A stretch of 43,036 nucleotides of DNA from a virus (Duplodnaviria; Caudoviricetes). The notes under the pieces are model-generated. The model was not told the DNA's origin, searched no databases, and saw only the letters and a list, made by a program, of their open reading frames with translations. The stretch covers positions 1 to 43,036 of the IMG/VR virus record IMGVR_UViG_3300032303_003357. One strand, 5' to 3'. Numbering within the stretch: position 1 is the first letter of the stretch; each line of letters starts with the position of its first letter. The translations under genes and the position numbers were made by a program. Shown here piece after piece: positions 8,611-20,720 of this stretch.

Positions 8611-10467
8611 ATGGCTACTAACTTCAATAATTATAATATACCAACAGACGGGTATGTCGCTTTTGATGCTACTAGCTTAAAAAATCTTATAGTTTCTCGT
8701 CTCAATACTAACAATGTTTTTACAGATCAAAATTTTGAAGGCAGTAATATTTCTTCCCTTATAGATATAATTGCATATTCCTACAATGTGCTTATGTTCT
8801 ATTTAAATAGAACTAGTTCTGAAAGTACATTTACAACCGCCGAACTTTTTGAAAATATTAATAAAATTGTAAAGCTAATTAATTATAATCCTATAGGGAA
8901 TCAAACATCTGTATTATCGTTTTTAGCTAAAGCTACAAGCTCATTACCTCAAGGCATCTATACAATTCCTAGATATTCATTTTTTACAGTAAATGGAGCT
9001 AACTTTACTTTTAATTCAGATATAACTTTTGCAAAAACAAACGATTCAGAAGAAGAATTAACAGATTTTCAAGAAAACAATTTACTTTTTCAAGGCTCTT
9101 ATAAAGAATATCCTACCTATACTGCATTAGGTGAACCATTTGAGACATTTACTTTAACTTTAGTAGATTCTCAAGGAAATAATATTCCAGTAGACCATTT
9201 TAATATAGATATATATGTAAAAGATAATACAGCTACTAATCCTAAATGGAGAAAATGGAGCCCAACACAATCATTATTCTTAGAGAGATCTAATTCATTG
9301 AATTATGAAATTAGAATGAATGAAAATGAAAGGTATGAAATAAAATTTGGAAATAATATTACAGGTAAACAACTTAATGCAGGTGATGAAGTTGCAGTAT
9401 ATTATTTAAGAACTGACGCTAAACAAGGAGAGATAGGACCCGGGTTACTAGATGGTAATAAACTATTTTTTTACTCTACAGATAGGTTTTCAAAAATTTT
9501 AACTGATACGTTTCCTTCTAATTTAAATAAATTATTACCTACTCAAACAGAAAGCTTACAATTTAGTAATATAGACAATTCAACCCCCTATGTAAGCATT
9601 GAAAATGCTAGTAGCGTTAAAACAAATGCCATTAATACATTTAGAAGCCAATATAGACTTATTACTGCAAATGATTTTGTTAACTATTTAATTAAAAATT
9701 ATAGTAACATAGTATCTTCTGTGAGGGTAGTAAATAATTGGGATTACATTTCAGGGCACTTAAAATACTTTTTTGACTTAGGTATTTCAAAGCCAAATTA
9801 TGAAAGTAGAGTATTGTTTAACCAGGTAAAGTTTGCTGATTCGTGTGATTTTAATAATGTCTATATATATGCAGTACCGAAATTAGAAAAGCTAACTTCA
9901 CTTACTACGAGAGCAAATTATCTAAACACAGCACTCAAACAGCTTATAATTAATGATTTACAGCAAGTCAAACTAACAACAGCCGAAATAGTAATTAATG
10001 ACCCTGTTTATGTAGCTGTTGATATAGGTACTAGATTTAGCAATGAAGTGCTTTCTCCCTCTATTTCTGATAACACATACTTAGCTATAACAAGAGATAT
10101 CACTTCGAAAAGAAATCCCGAAGCATTAAAGCAACAAGTTGCACAGATATTTGCAGATTATTTTTCTACTGTAAAAGATAACCTCGGTTTAACTGTAAGT
10201 TTGACAGATATAACTAATCAAATACTAGCTTTAGAAGGTGTACAGGGTATTAATACAGTAAGAACAGAGAGCGGCACCACAATTACAACACCTGGCATAA
10301 GTCTGATTATATATAATCCAGTGTATCCGCTAGTCGATATACAATTAACAACTCAAGACATAAAATTACCCTACTTTAAATTTCCTTTCTTAAACAACAT
10401 ATTAGATTTTAAAAATAAAATTACAATAATTACACCTTCAATACAATCTTTACAGACGGAGTATTAA
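8611..10467 (+). CDS. Baseplate wedge subunit, T4 gp6-like
   Basis: FDATSLK..FTDQNFEGSNISSLIDIIAY..SESTFTTA, YEIKFGNNITGKQL, QYRLITANDF motifs; follows gp25. Confidence 0.9.
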   Translation: MATNFNNYNIPTDGYVAFDATSLKNLIVSRLNTNNVFTDQNFEGSNISSLIDIIAYSYNVLMFYLNRTSSESTFTTAELFENINKIVKLINYNPIGNQTSVLSFLAKATSSLPQGIYTIPRYSFFTVNGANFTFNSDITFAKTNDSEEELTDFQENNLLFQGSYKEYPTYTALGEPFETFTLTLVDSQGNNIPVDHFNIDIYVKDNTATNPKWRKWSPTQSLFLERSNSLNYEIRMNENERYEIKFGNNITGKQLNAGDEVAVYYLRTDAKQGEIGPGLLDGNKLFFYSTDRFSKILTDTFPSNLNKLLPTQTESLQFSNIDNSTPYVSIENASSVKTNAINTFRSQYRLITANDFVNYLIKNYSNIVSSVRVVNNWDYISGHLKYFFDLGISKPNYESRVLFNQVKFADSCDFNNVYIYAVPKLEKLTSLTTRANYLNTALKQLIINDLQQVKLTTAEIVINDPVYVAVDIGTRFSNEVLSPSISDNTYLAITRDITSKRNPEALKQQVAQIFADYFSTVKDNLGLTVSLTDITNQILALEGVQGINTVRTESGTTITTPGISLIIYNPVYPLVDIQLTTQDIKLPYFKFPFLNNILDFKNKITIITPSIQSLQTEY

Positions 10468-10468
10468 A

Positions 10469-13400
10469 ATGGCGCAAACCGTTAACTACGCCTACATTTT
10501 CTTTGATGTAAGAGATTTTACTGGTAATAGCTGCTTATCTACCTTTTCTTTACCTAATACACCTTTAAAATTTATACCAGATTTAAAATCTTATGAACAA
10601 TTTGCAAATTTAAATTTATCAACAAAATTAGTTAGGTGGGATTTTGGTGACGGTAATATATCTTCCGATTTAAACCCTACACATTGGTATCAATGGCCTG
10701 GTAAGTATAAAGTAAAATTATCAGTATTTGATAATGGCGGCAATTCTTTTGATAGCTCTTATACACCAGAGGTATTAGTTTACAATTTTGTTAATGATTA
10801 CTTGATGTTTAAAGACCCGGATCAATTTATTATCGACGTCCCTGCTGGTAGAATATCAACACCCTTTGTTATTTTAAGAAGAAATAGTTGGCAGAGTTAC
10901 CCCGCATTAAGTGCATCAGGTTATACAATAACTCTTTATGCTTCTGGTGCAAAAGGTGAATATAACGATATTAATATACAAGAAAAAGATAAATGGTCCC
11001 ACTTAAGAGCATTAAGTAGATTTTACGTTATAGAGCAAAGCGGTGATAGTTTTTCATACACTCCTGTAGATTCAACTACAACTACAATTACTGAAATTTA
11101 TGCAAGAGTAATCAATAATAAAATAGAAGTTTGCGGTAAGAATGATGAAGGTAGTGTTTTTGCTGGTACAACCGGTTATGCAGAAGTATATTATTCAGAC
11201 GATAAAGCTAAAAACTACGAATCTTGTGACGACCCTATTTTTATATTTGCTGCTTTTGATAACGCAAAGTTCGGAGACGAATATACACAATATAACAATA
11301 CATTTGAGTATGTTAATTACCCACCCTATGGATTTCAAAACTTAAAACCAGCTGTAATGCCTCTATTAAAAGTAAGACATAATTCAGCATCAAAATTATC
11401 TATCACAACCACAGGTATTGACGGTGAAGGTACTTTATCTGCTACAAATTTTAATTTACCAAAAATTAGCTGGCAAAACACTAAAATTCCTTTTGTAATA
11501 AGAATGAAAGATGTTTTTAATTTTACTACTAAAACATACCCACCTTTATCAAGTTTTAATCAAAAACCGGGTACAGTAAAATATCAGTCTCTTACAGCTT
11601 TTTCAGGAGGTCAAACTATTGAAGAATTAAGATTTCCTATACCCAATTCTACAGTTGCTTTACCTGTTTCATGTAATTTTGATGCATTAAGCATACCAGA
11701 TAGGTTTATTGCAAGCTACGAGGGGGTTATACTTTACGATACTGGATTTCGAGGTGATACTACTTATTCTGATGAATTAATCGCTATGGGCTATGATCCT
11801 GTAGTAGGACCTGGTTTAGGATCTTTTCAATTTATTAAACCTGCAGGCGAAACAAATTATTTTTCAATCTCTGTATTAGCGCCTTTAGGAGGAACTTATT
11901 GGAATCTATCTTTAGATTTTGGCGAAATAACTATATTAACCGACCCGCCACCGGTACCTTTTAATGTAAAGTTAGGCGTAATTGAACAAGACCCCACTAC
12001 AGGGAGAATTACACCTCTTACTGGTATAAAATTTTACGAAGACTTTACCCCCGATATACCTCAAGATTTAGGCTCTTTTTATAAAGGATATTTTATATCA
12101 CCTACGCCTGCTTATAATTGTACCCTTACTGCAAACATGTATGTTAAAGATCCTTTATATTATCCTAGCGATGCATTAGTGGGGTGGATAGCTGCACCGC
12201 AATACAATAGCTTAATGAGATTCTTTAATCAATCTATATATTCTTTTTGCACTGGTACACTTGAAAAGACATTATCATCTTCTAATTTTTACTTTAATGC
12301 ATATTTAAATAGAAATGTTTATGCAATACAGGTAGCACCTTCAGGGAGTAATTTAAACAATTCGTATTGCACGTGGTTTGCTGATGGTTCAAATGATTCG
12401 CTAATTAAATTTGATATAACTGGAAAACTTTTATCTTCTTTTAGTTTTAGCTCCTATCCAGTAAAATTTCCTAACAACAGTATACAAAATTTAGATCTCA
12501 GATCATCTGAACTAACTAGCGCTGCACCTGGTTCACTAGCACTAGACGGTAATAACGATTTATGGATAGCACTTTTTGATTCAATGAGTGCTATTAAGAT
12601 TGATGGTATAGATGGGTTTGTTAAAGCGACTGCTTATTTGCCTACCGTATCAGCATTGTACAATGCATCTTCAGCATATAATATACCAGAGCTTTCTGGT
12701 TTTGCTGGAGAATATTTGCTTCTACCATCTAGTTTAGATACAGATTTAAATAATAATTTATGGGTTACATATACACACCCTGACTACAGCTTTTTAGTAA
12801 AATATGATACCAATGGTAGGTTTTTGTTATCTATACCTTTTCAAAACCTTATCTCGCCAGTAGAAGTCTGTATTGATAGAAACAACTACGCGTGGGTAAC
12901 GGCTTATAATCTTAGTGATAACGTACAATTATCTGCAAACGGCCAAGTAGTACCTGTAAGATCACCAATTAAATCTTTAACTGCTAGAAATGATTATCTT
13001 TATAAATTTGATAATAGCGGAAATTTAATGGCAGGATTTCCTCTTACAGGATTTAAATTGATAGGCAATCTATCAGTCGATGGAGCACAAAATGCTTGGA
13101 TTATAGAAAATAAAGATACGCTTACTAAGGTTGATGCTATTACAAATCAAAAAACAAATTATATAGCAGGTTCAGGTGTACTATCTAATATAACAAGCTA
13201 TATAGGTAGTATTGGAGGTATTGCTATAGATACATGTTCCAAGGTCTGGGTTATTCATAACTATGATAATAAAATGTATTATATAGATAGCTATTTACCA
13301 CCACCAACTGGAGCAGATGTTTTAGCTTATACACCTCTAGAGTTCCCTACGAATGAACCTCCAGGAGCAGTATCAGCTTTTGAAGCAAGAGAATTTCAAG

Positions 13401-14374
13401 CGTATGGAGATTGGCTTGGTAGCAGATGGATAAACAAATATGCAAGTAATAATAATCTAACAGAGACAAGATATATTTCTGGGCAATCTGCTTTTTTTGA
13501 TCTCTATCCTACCAGCGGTTCTTATAATATACAAAAAATAAACGAAGATTTTGATACAGAAGAATTCTACTCTTCTTTAGCATTGTCCGAACACTTACAA
13601 GAAAAGCCTATACTATTTGAGGATTTTCTGGGTACAATTGTAGGTGGAATATCTTCACAACCTTACGAATTAGGTAAAACATTTTATGAAAAAATTGCTA
13701 ATTTTGTTAGTAATAATGCTGATATTGATAAAGCTAATTTAGACCAACTTATATCATTTTGTAATGAACTGTCAATACAGTTTGAACAATATAATTATCC
13801 ATTTCCTCCCCAGCTTATGAGACTTATGAATTTATTATCTATTAAACATAAACTGCTTTGGGGAGATCAAAATAAATACGATTCAGATTTTAATAATTTC
13901 GGTGCCATATACAATAAAAACTATGCAATTAATCTAGGTACAGAGCTTTCTACTCTAACAAGCTCTATATCTTCCGGGGTACCAGTTGTAGCTTATGAAA
14001 AATTTTCTAACAAATATTTCTTAGTCAATACAAATTTAATTAATATTAACAATACAGTATGGCCTTACGGTTCTGTATTACCTTTATCTACATTTAATTA
14101 TGACTGGGGTTGGGGTCTAATAGCACCTAATAGCCTATCAGGTATAAGAATATCAGATTATTATGCATTCTATAATTACATAGCAAAGTATAATGATAAG
14201 TTTTATAATAATATTATAGACTGGAATAACCCTTTGACCACGCTTAGCAATACAAATAGTTCATTTACAGATTGGTCGAAAGATAATGGTATTATGCAAA
14301 ATGTAATGAGCTACGAGCTTACCAAGGGGTTACGATTATTCCTAAGTGGTAGTAACATCGTATATAACAATTAA
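10469..14374 (+). CDS. Large baseplate-associated protein: PKD domain, beta-propeller, possible gp7-like C-terminal region
   Basis: WDFGDG..NPTHWY..PGKYKVKL (PKD); repeated LALDGNNDLWI / LDTDLNNNLWV / IDRNNYAWV / VDGAQNAWI blades; follows gp6. Confidence 0.65.
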   Translation: MAQTVNYAYIFFDVRDFTGNSCLSTFSLPNTPLKFIPDLKSYEQFANLNLSTKLVRWDFGDGNISSDLNPTHWYQWPGKYKVKLSVFDNGGNSFDSSYTPEVLVYNFVNDYLMFKDPDQFIIDVPAGRISTPFVILRRNSWQSYPALSASGYTITLYASGAKGEYNDINIQEKDKWSHLRALSRFYVIEQSGDSFSYTPVDSTTTTITEIYARVINNKIEVCGKNDEGSVFAGTTGYAEVYYSDDKAKNYESCDDPIFIFAAFDNAKFGDEYTQYNNTFEYVNYPPYGFQNLKPAVMPLLKVRHNSASKLSITTTGIDGEGTLSATNFNLPKISWQNTKIPFVIRMKDVFNFTTKTYPPLSSFNQKPGTVKYQSLTAFSGGQTIEELRFPIPNSTVALPVSCNFDALSIPDRFIASYEGVILYDTGFRGDTTYSDELIAMGYDPVVGPGLGSFQFIKPAGETNYFSISVLAPLGGTYWNLSLDFGEITILTDPPPVPFNVKLGVIEQDPTTGRITPLTGIKFYEDFTPDIPQDLGSFYKGYFISPTPAYNCTLTANMYVKDPLYYPSDALVGWIAAPQYNSLMRFFNQSIYSFCTGTLEKTLSSSNFYFNAYLNRNVYAIQVAPSGSNLNNSYCTWFADGSNDSLIKFDITGKLLSSFSFSSYPVKFPNNSIQNLDLRSSELTSAAPGSLALDGNNDLWIALFDSMSAIKIDGIDGFVKATAYLPTVSALYNASSAYNIPELSGFAGEYLLLPSSLDTDLNNNLWVTYTHPDYSFLVKYDTNGRFLLSIPFQNLISPVEVCIDRNNYAWVTAYNLSDNVQLSANGQVVPVRSPIKSLTARNDYLYKFDNSGNLMAGFPLTGFKLIGNLSVDGAQNAWIIENKDTLTKVDAITNQKTNYIAGSGVLSNITSYIGSIGGIAIDTCSKVWVIHNYDNKMYYIDSYLPPPTGADVLAYTPLEFPTNEPPGAVSAFEAREFQAYGDWLGSRWINKYASNNNLTETRYISGQSAFFDLYPTSGSYNIQKINEDFDTEEFYSSLALSEHLQEKPILFEDFLGTIVGGISSQPYELGKTFYEKIANFVSNNADIDKANLDQLISFCNELSIQFEQYNYPFPPQLMRLMNLLSIKHKLLWGDQNKYDSDFNNFGAIYNKNYAINLGTELSTLTSSISSGVPVVAYEKFSNKYFLVNTNLININNTVWPYGSVLPLSTFNYDWGWGLIAPNSLSGIRISDYYAFYNYIAKYNDKFYNNIIDWNNPLTTLSNTNSSFTDWSKDNGIMQNVMSYELTKGLRLFLSGSNIVYNN

Positions 14375-14377
14375 ATA
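14372..14377 (+). promoter_or_regulatory. Late-promoter-like TAAATA, 5 nt before ATG 14383
   Basis: Overlaps the upstream TAA stop; conserved spacing. Confidence 0.5.
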
Positions 14378-14382
14378 CTTAC

Positions 14383-17300
14383 ATGTCAAATTCAGGTAAA
14401 TTTATAGACGAACGGCTGTCTGTATCCATTACCGCATACGATCCGCCATCTAACCCTGTTGACCGTACCGCTCCATTAACATTTCAAGAGTGGGTAAAAT
14501 ATAATAATAACTTATTTACAAATTACTATGATTTTTTATTGAGATATCAATCTTATCTTAATAATTGGTATGAAATAAAGAACTATTCAAAAGAGGATAG
14601 AATTGAAACATCTAGACTATTGTATACTTCTTTAATAAGCGAAGTTATACTCTCTTATTCATCTTCAGAAGAAAAAAGATTTTTAAAAAATATAGATCTT
14701 AACAATAGTAGTGACCTAGCTATTGCAGTACCATTTTTTGCAAAAAAACTTAAAGATATATGTCTTTATTTTACAACTTTAAGAGATGATGTTAAATCAG
14801 CTACAATAAGATTTAATTTAAAAGGATCAAACTATGGTATCGAAAAATTAGTTTATAATGAAATATCTAAGTCATTAGAAGCGGAAGATTTAACAAGCTT
14901 AACCAGGTCATTAAATTTAAGCCTCTCTTCAATAAGAAATAATTTAGTAATTGATATAGAAGATTTGTTTGATGAATTTTCAAATTATCTAGATGTCAGT
15001 ACAACTTTACCACAGTCAGCTTACGAGCCTATAGATGATTTTAGAAATACTTACTACCCTCTTAACCAATATGATATAAAACCTAATTTATTTTTAGATT
15101 TTAGTACAGCTATAGTACAGGCTATATCTTCTTATCCTTTTTATCTTATTGAATTAGGTGATAACAATTTTACTATAACGCCTAAATTATCTTCTTCACA
15201 ATTAAATTACTTAAAAGATAGTGATTTTATAAACACTATTAATAACGAACAAGAAAATAATTTAAACCTCAATATACAAAAATTACAAATACAAAAATAT
15301 ATCGGGACTGATTTTTATTATTTGTCTACTGGTACGACGTCTAATAACTATATTTCTGGCAGTTTATTTGTAGCGGATAATGAATTTGCAAATTATTTAA
15401 ATAAAAGATACCCTTCTGTAGCTGCAGTACCTAGCTCAAATTACATCAAAACGGCAAAGCAAATAGGATTATTTTTTAAGCCAGATAAGCTAGGTCTTAC
15501 AACTGCTACAAATTTCGGTCTTACTTTTAAAGTTAACTCTCTTAGTGCAAATACTGTGTATATATTTCCAGATCCTAGTAAGTATGGCAATATTTCCGGT
15601 CTAACTGAAGAAGAATTTACCTCTCCATTTACTTTTACTGAGTGGGCTCTTAAAAACAAAACTGATTTTTCGAATCAATATAGATTTGGTGACTCTATTA
15701 CAAGTAATTATTTCCAAACATTTAGAGGCTATCAATCAAGAGAACAGTCACTCGACACTTCTATTCAAGGTGTAACAAGATATACAGATCCGCAAGAATT
15801 TTTTAAATCGGATTTAAAGAATAACTGGGCTAATGGAGATGTTTTTCCAGTTATTCCTCAAAATACTTTACCTATAGAAAATAGAATAGAAAAATTACTC
15901 TCTATCAACTATACAGCTGTACAATATAAAACTGATATATATGGCAATGAGTATGTTTTATATAAAGATGTTTTTCCGCAAAAAGATACTACTACCCCTG
16001 TTATAAAAGATTATTTTATTTGCCTATTAATAGACGGGCACACATTTTATGATTTAGTTTCAGGCTATAATTTTAATTACAATCAAGTAGACGTAGCAAA
16101 AGGCTATTCCGGTGTCACTACCAAGACAAGTATGAATATACCACCGGGATCAGGTTATTATGACCCGTATTTTAATACATACGACAACGGAGCACCAGAA
16201 TTCTTACTATCAGGCTACACCACACCTATAGTTTCATACAGATTACAGCCAGAAAGTTTTTGCCCTAGTTTTGTAGAATTGAAATTCGATTGTTCTTTTT
16301 ACGACGGTACTAGATTTATGGCTTCTTCATCTGTATTTTTACAAGATTTTCCTTCTGACAGTCCATTATTTACAGATAATACGGTAGTGTACTACGAATA
16401 CGTTATCGACGGTGGCGCTTCACCTTATGGTAATAATTGGAAACCCACAATAATTGCGCCTGCTGTATTTAGTTTTGTACCGCCCTATACTGCGTATCAG
16501 GTTAAAGATGGTGGAAGATTTCTTTACAATGGTGCAGCGGCTTGTGGTGATGAAGTTGATTTCAATCCAAGATATAATGAAAAAAGTAATTTTGCTAATT
16601 TCAAAATATCTAATAAGGAAACAAAATACCTTTCAGTTTCGGGGCTGAAATCTAAAAAGACTATTTACGATTCTAGAAACAAAATACCTGGTCATTTATA
16701 CTATAGAAACTCAAATTCTTCATTAATATATCCTCTTTCAACTGCTTTAAGTTCTATCTTTACAAGATATACAGATGATATAGAATTTGAACTTAACAAT
16801 AAAATTATAAACTTTGACGTAATTTATGATATACTACAATTTGAGACTGAAAACTATCTAGTATTAACTAAAATAAGTTTTGATTATGAAACAAATACAG
16901 TAAAAAGTGCAGTAATTAATGACGCTTATTTTTATAAAGGAGATTGTAAAGGCTTTGAAAATACATCTACTGTATGGTTTAATGAAAAAGAAAACATTTT
17001 AGTTGTTTGTAAGACTAATTTGTTTTATGACTTAAGCGCGACAAACTATAAAATAATTTATCCGGAAATCTTTACCATTAATATTAATAATTTACAGGTA
17101 ACAAAGCTATATCCTAACGAAAGAATACTTACGTTCGAAACTCTTCAAGATTATTCATTATTATATAATAACGTAAATATTAATATTGTTAGTGTTGAGA
17201 AGCCAGTGTTAAATTATGATAATGAAACAGAATTGTATTGTATGTCTTATATTGGCAAAGATATTTCTGAAGTATTTTATTTGTTTAAAGTATACTTTAA

Positions 17301-17511
17301 ATTTGTTAACGGTGTTATAACTAATATTACTAATAATATGTACAAACTAACACCAGATGTTGACAGTATTAATTTTTCTAACTTTGTTTCTGATCTTTCT
17401 TCAAGATTTATTGTAAATGTAATTGCTGGTCCTGGTAATTCAATAGATACCCCGGGATATATAGATACTAACAAAGGTGTCTATGTTTTAAAATCTATTT
17501 TAAACGGTTAA
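14383..17511 (+). CDS. Large hypothetical virion/baseplate protein
   Basis: 1042-aa ORF in the structural cluster; no specific motif recognised. Confidence 0.6.
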   Translation: MSNSGKFIDERLSVSITAYDPPSNPVDRTAPLTFQEWVKYNNNLFTNYYDFLLRYQSYLNNWYEIKNYSKEDRIETSRLLYTSLISEVILSYSSSEEKRFLKNIDLNNSSDLAIAVPFFAKKLKDICLYFTTLRDDVKSATIRFNLKGSNYGIEKLVYNEISKSLEAEDLTSLTRSLNLSLSSIRNNLVIDIEDLFDEFSNYLDVSTTLPQSAYEPIDDFRNTYYPLNQYDIKPNLFLDFSTAIVQAISSYPFYLIELGDNNFTITPKLSSSQLNYLKDSDFINTINNEQENNLNLNIQKLQIQKYIGTDFYYLSTGTTSNNYISGSLFVADNEFANYLNKRYPSVAAVPSSNYIKTAKQIGLFFKPDKLGLTTATNFGLTFKVNSLSANTVYIFPDPSKYGNISGLTEEEFTSPFTFTEWALKNKTDFSNQYRFGDSITSNYFQTFRGYQSREQSLDTSIQGVTRYTDPQEFFKSDLKNNWANGDVFPVIPQNTLPIENRIEKLLSINYTAVQYKTDIYGNEYVLYKDVFPQKDTTTPVIKDYFICLLIDGHTFYDLVSGYNFNYNQVDVAKGYSGVTTKTSMNIPPGSGYYDPYFNTYDNGAPEFLLSGYTTPIVSYRLQPESFCPSFVELKFDCSFYDGTRFMASSSVFLQDFPSDSPLFTDNTVVYYEYVIDGGASPYGNNWKPTIIAPAVFSFVPPYTAYQVKDGGRFLYNGAAACGDEVDFNPRYNEKSNFANFKISNKETKYLSVSGLKSKKTIYDSRNKIPGHLYYRNSNSSLIYPLSTALSSIFTRYTDDIEFELNNKIINFDVIYDILQFETENYLVLTKISFDYETNTVKSAVINDAYFYKGDCKGFENTSTVWFNEKENILVVCKTNLFYDLSATNYKIIYPEIFTININNLQVTKLYPNERILTFETLQDYSLLYNNVNINIVSVEKPVLNYDNETELYCMSYIGKDISEVFYLFKVYFKFVNGVITNITNNMYKLTPDVDSINFSNFVSDLSSRFIVNVIAGPGNSIDTPGYIDTNKGVYVLKSILNG

Positions 17512-17512
17512 T

Positions 17513-19369
17513 ATGTATAGCTTAACTCAATACGATAAATGCTCAATACTACGCTTTGAAGATGTTATAGTTTCTTCAAAAGATTTTTACGTAACGTTTG
17601 AATATGCTTATTTTGGTTATGCGTTATCTGCTGCACACGGCTTTTCACTTTCTCTAGTAAATGCTAACGATGAATTTACTGGCGGCGGTCCTGGACCTGC
17701 ATTAGGTGCTGTTAGTATAGATGCGCTATCTGGCGGAGCACAAAGATTTTATCCAGGTATACAAAATTCATTACTTACAATAGGGTTCGATTCAACAGGA
17801 TATTTCGGTACAAGCTCTCTCACCACCTTCATAAACGGTAGCTCTACTCCACTTGCAAATTCAATTACTGTAAGATCGGGGCTGTATAATTATTATTATG
17901 ATTTTCTTTATAGAACTGAAAGACTATCAGATTCTGCAGCACTAGTAGAACCGTTCAATCTCTTTATACCATTAACAGGTACACCGCCAGCAGATTATTT
18001 TAAAAAGAACGGTACACTACCAAACATTCCGTTTAGAACTTTTAGACTCAGAGTAACTGAATTAGGTAAAAGAATAATTTTAGATCATAAAATAACAGAT
18101 AAATTCCAAACAATTTTAGATTATAAACTGCCCTATACGCTAAACAATACCCTATATCCCGTATTTGGTTGGTCGTCGGGGGTTGCCATTAACGGTACAT
18201 TGTCTGGCTTTGACAGTACATTATTAATAAAAAATGTAAATGTAAATGCGTATTTTACAACGCCAACACCAACAGCATCTATTACACCGACTAACACTTT
18301 ATCGCCAACCTTTACACCTACACCATCTATCACCCCTTCATATACACCTACATACTCTATTACGCCTACAGAAACACCCTCGTGGTCACCAACACCTTCC
18401 AATACACCTACTAATACACCTACAGCTTCTAACACACCTACAATATCGCTTACACCTACAAATACGAGAACACCTTCTAATACTCCTACACAGACACCCA
18501 CAGCTTCTAACACACCTACATATACAACCACACCATCCATCACACCAACTAATACAGTTACCCCTTCGCGTACCCCTACAAATACGGTCACACCTTCACG
18601 TACACCTACAAATACAACTACACCAACTAACTCTGTAACACCTTCACGTACACCTACAGTAACTAGAACACCAACAAAAACTCCACCAACTACACCTACT
18701 AGTACACCTACGAGTACAATTACACCAACTGTAACGCCTACTATTACTGAAACGCCTACTAATACTCGAACTGCTACAAACACACCTACAAATTCCGTTA
18801 CACCTTCAAATACACCCACAGGTACACCTACAAGAACACCCACGCTTACACCTACTGTAACACCGTACGCAAATTATGCAGTACCGTCTAACCAAACAAA
18901 TATAGTTTTAAATGACGCTACAATAGCTACTCCCTACCCAGTGACTTTTAACATCGCATCTATCACATCGCCCATTAAAAAGGTTACTATATCTCTTAAT
19001 AACTATAATCATTCATACCCAGGTGACATTGGTATGCTTTTAGTTGCTCCTGATAATACAGCAGTAATAATTGCTGGTCGCATCGGTGGTAACAATGACG
19101 CTGTTAATACCACTGTGCTATTAGATCAACAGGCTAATGCAGCATGGGACGGGTTTACTTCAGGTATTTATAGACCTAACAACACGGATAATAATTTACC
19201 TTTTGATAATACTGGTGGCTGCCCATCAGGCCCATATAATACAACACTAAACGCATTTAATGGTCTAACAAGCGGTAGCGCTAACGGTATATGGAAGTTG
19301 TATATACAAGACTTTATAGGTGACGATTCTGGTACTCTTTATAACGCTACTTTAACAGTATACTATTGA
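17513..19369 (+). CDS. Mucin-stalk protein 1: L-type-lectin-like domain, ~200-aa Thr/Pro stalk, proprotein-convertase P-domain
   Basis: N-term [27 protein letters not shown] (lectin-like); C-term [39 protein letters not shown] (P-domain); no signal peptide. Confidence 0.7.
   Translation: MYSLTQYDKCSILRFEDVIVSSKDFYVTFEYAYFGYALSAAHGFSLSLVNANDEFTGGGPGPALGAVSIDALSGGAQRFYPGIQNSLLTIGFDSTGYFGTSSLTTFINGSSTPLANSITVRSGLYNYYYDFLYRTERLSDSAALVEPFNLFIPLTGTPPADYFKKNGTLPNIPFRTFRLRVTELGKRIILDHKITDKFQTILDYKLPYTLNNTLYPVFGWSSGVAINGTLSGFDSTLLIKNVNVNAYFTTPTPTASITPTNTLSPTFTPTPSITPSYTPTYSITPTETPSWSPTPSNTPTNTPTASNTPTISLTPTNTRTPSNTPTQTPTASNTPTYTTTPSITPTNTVTPSRTPTNTVTPSRTPTNTTTPTNSVTPSRTPTVTRTPTKTPPTTPTSTPTSTITPTVTPTITETPTNTRTATNTPTNSVTPSNTPTGTPTRTPTLTPTVTPYANYAVPSNQTNIVLNDATIATPYPVTFNIASITSPIKKVTISLNNYNHSYPGDIGMLLVAPDNTAVIIAGRIGGNNDAVNTTVLLDQQANAAWDGFTSGIYRPNNTDNNLPFDNTGGCPSGPYNTTLNAFNGLTSGSANGIWKLYIQDFIGDDSGTLYNATLTVYY
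18257..18865 (+). repeat. Mucin-like Thr/Pro/Ser low-complexity coding repeat (TPTNT, TPSRT, TPTVT)
   Basis: Direct translation; ACA-CCT/CCA-rich DNA. Confidence 0.95.
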
Positions 19370-19393
19370 TTTTTTATACCTCACAAATAAAAT
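19361..19393 (+). promoter_or_regulatory. Sigma70-like promoter TTGATT-N16-TAAAAT for the glycosylation cassette
   Basis: TTGATT 19366-19371, TAAAAT 19388-19393, GTG 6 nt later; 14-nt identity with 6022-6035. Confidence 0.5.
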
Positions 19394-19399
19394 AATCTT

Positions 19400-20707
19400 G
19401 TGAAAAGCAAAAACTCTGTTAAGTCTTCTAAAACCGTTAAAGAACCAAAAGCAACATCAGATAAAATCTTTATTTCTATTGCTTCATATAGAGACCCTCA
19501 ACTCTTACCGACAATTAGAGATTGTATTGCAAATGCCAAAAACCCTCAAAATCTTGTATTTGGTATTTGTTGGCAAAGAGATGAAAAAGAATCGTTAGAA
19601 GAATTTGCTAAAGATAAAAGATTTAGAGTTATTGATATACCATGTAAAGAAAGTAAAGGTACTTGTTGGGCTAGAAGCCTTATACAAGACAAATATGATG
19701 GTGAAAAATATCATCTACAAATAGATAGTCATCATAGATTTATTAAGCATTGGGATGCAGCTTGTATTAATATGATTAAGCAGTTACAGAAAAAGGGTCA
19801 TGATAAGCCATTGTTAACCGGCTATATTTCAAGCTTTAATCCCGATAATGATCCTGCAGAGCGTATTCAAATACCCTGGAAGATGAATTTTGATAGATTT
19901 ATTCCAGAAGGTGCGGTATTCTTCTTACCTGCTTCGATTGACGACTTTAAAGAAAGAGTAGAACCTATTCCTTCTAGATTTGTTTCTGCTCATTTTATTT
20001 TTACTCTCGGAAAATGGATAAAAGAAGTGCCTTATGACCCATACTATTACTTCCATGGTGAAGAGATTAATTTAGCAGTGAGGTCGTTTACCCACGGCTA
20101 CGATTTATTCCACCCTCATATGGTAGTAGCTTGGCATGAGTATACCCGCCGTGGTCGCTCTAAACATTGGGATGATGTTAAGGCGTGGTATGAGCTAAAT
20201 AAAGCATCGCATAAACGTAATCGTACATTATTTGGTATGGAAGAAAATACTGAAAAGATTAAGTTTGGTAAGTACGGTTTTGGTAAAAAGAGAACAGTTG
20301 CTGACTACGAAAAGTATTCTGGTCTTCATTTTAAGAGACGCGCTGTTCAGCGCTGGACTTTAGATAATAAGTTAGCACCTAACCCTAATGATAATATGAC
20401 TAAGGATGAATATGAAAAGTCATTCTTAAGAATATTTAAGCATTGTATTGACGTGGGGTATGATAGGGTACCAGAAAAAGATTACGACTTCTGGTGCGTT
20501 GCGTTTAAAGATAAAGAAGGTAAAGATGTGCATAGACGAGATGCAGATCGCGCTGAAATTGACAGGATGTTTCAAGATCCAGATAAATATTGCAAAGTTT
20601 GGCGCGAATTTAATTGCGAAGAACCACCTCATAGTTGGATTGTATGGCCGCATAGTGTTAGTAAAGGATGGGCCGATCCAATTACTGGGATTTTGAATGC
20701 TGAATAA
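19400..20707 (+). CDS. GT60-family (polypeptide/hydroxyproline alpha-GlcNAc transferase-like) glycosyltransferase with C-terminal extension
   Basis: IFISIASYRDP, FGICWQ, SKGTCWAR, LQIDSHHRF..WD (DxH), AHFIF, EVPYDP..FHGEE..AVRSFTHGYD..P, WHEY: the motif series of Dictyostelium/Trypanosoma GT60 enzymes; no TM anchor. Confidence 0.85.
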   Translation: MKSKNSVKSSKTVKEPKATSDKIFISIASYRDPQLLPTIRDCIANAKNPQNLVFGICWQRDEKESLEEFAKDKRFRVIDIPCKESKGTCWARSLIQDKYDGEKYHLQIDSHHRFIKHWDAACINMIKQLQKKGHDKPLLTGYISSFNPDNDPAERIQIPWKMNFDRFIPEGAVFFLPASIDDFKERVEPIPSRFVSAHFIFTLGKWIKEVPYDPYYYFHGEEINLAVRSFTHGYDLFHPHMVVAWHEYTRRGRSKHWDDVKAWYELNKASHKRNRTLFGMEENTEKIKFGKYGFGKKRTVADYEKYSGLHFKRRAVQRWTLDNKLAPNPNDNMTKDEYEKSFLRIFKHCIDVGYDRVPEKDYDFWCVAFKDKEGKDVHRRDADRAEIDRMFQDPDKYCKVWREFNCEEPPHSWIVWPHSVSKGWADPITGILNAE

Positions 20708-20720
20708 TAAATAGTAGTAA

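Noticed and set aside
18133-18843. Minus-strand Gly/Val-rich ORF (also 25761-26294, 32481-33233, 33300-33809) and the alternate-frame His/Leu/Gln ORF 18246-18638
   Set aside because: Shadows of ACA-CCT repeats, which lack stops on the other strand or frame; no promoter motif or independent signal
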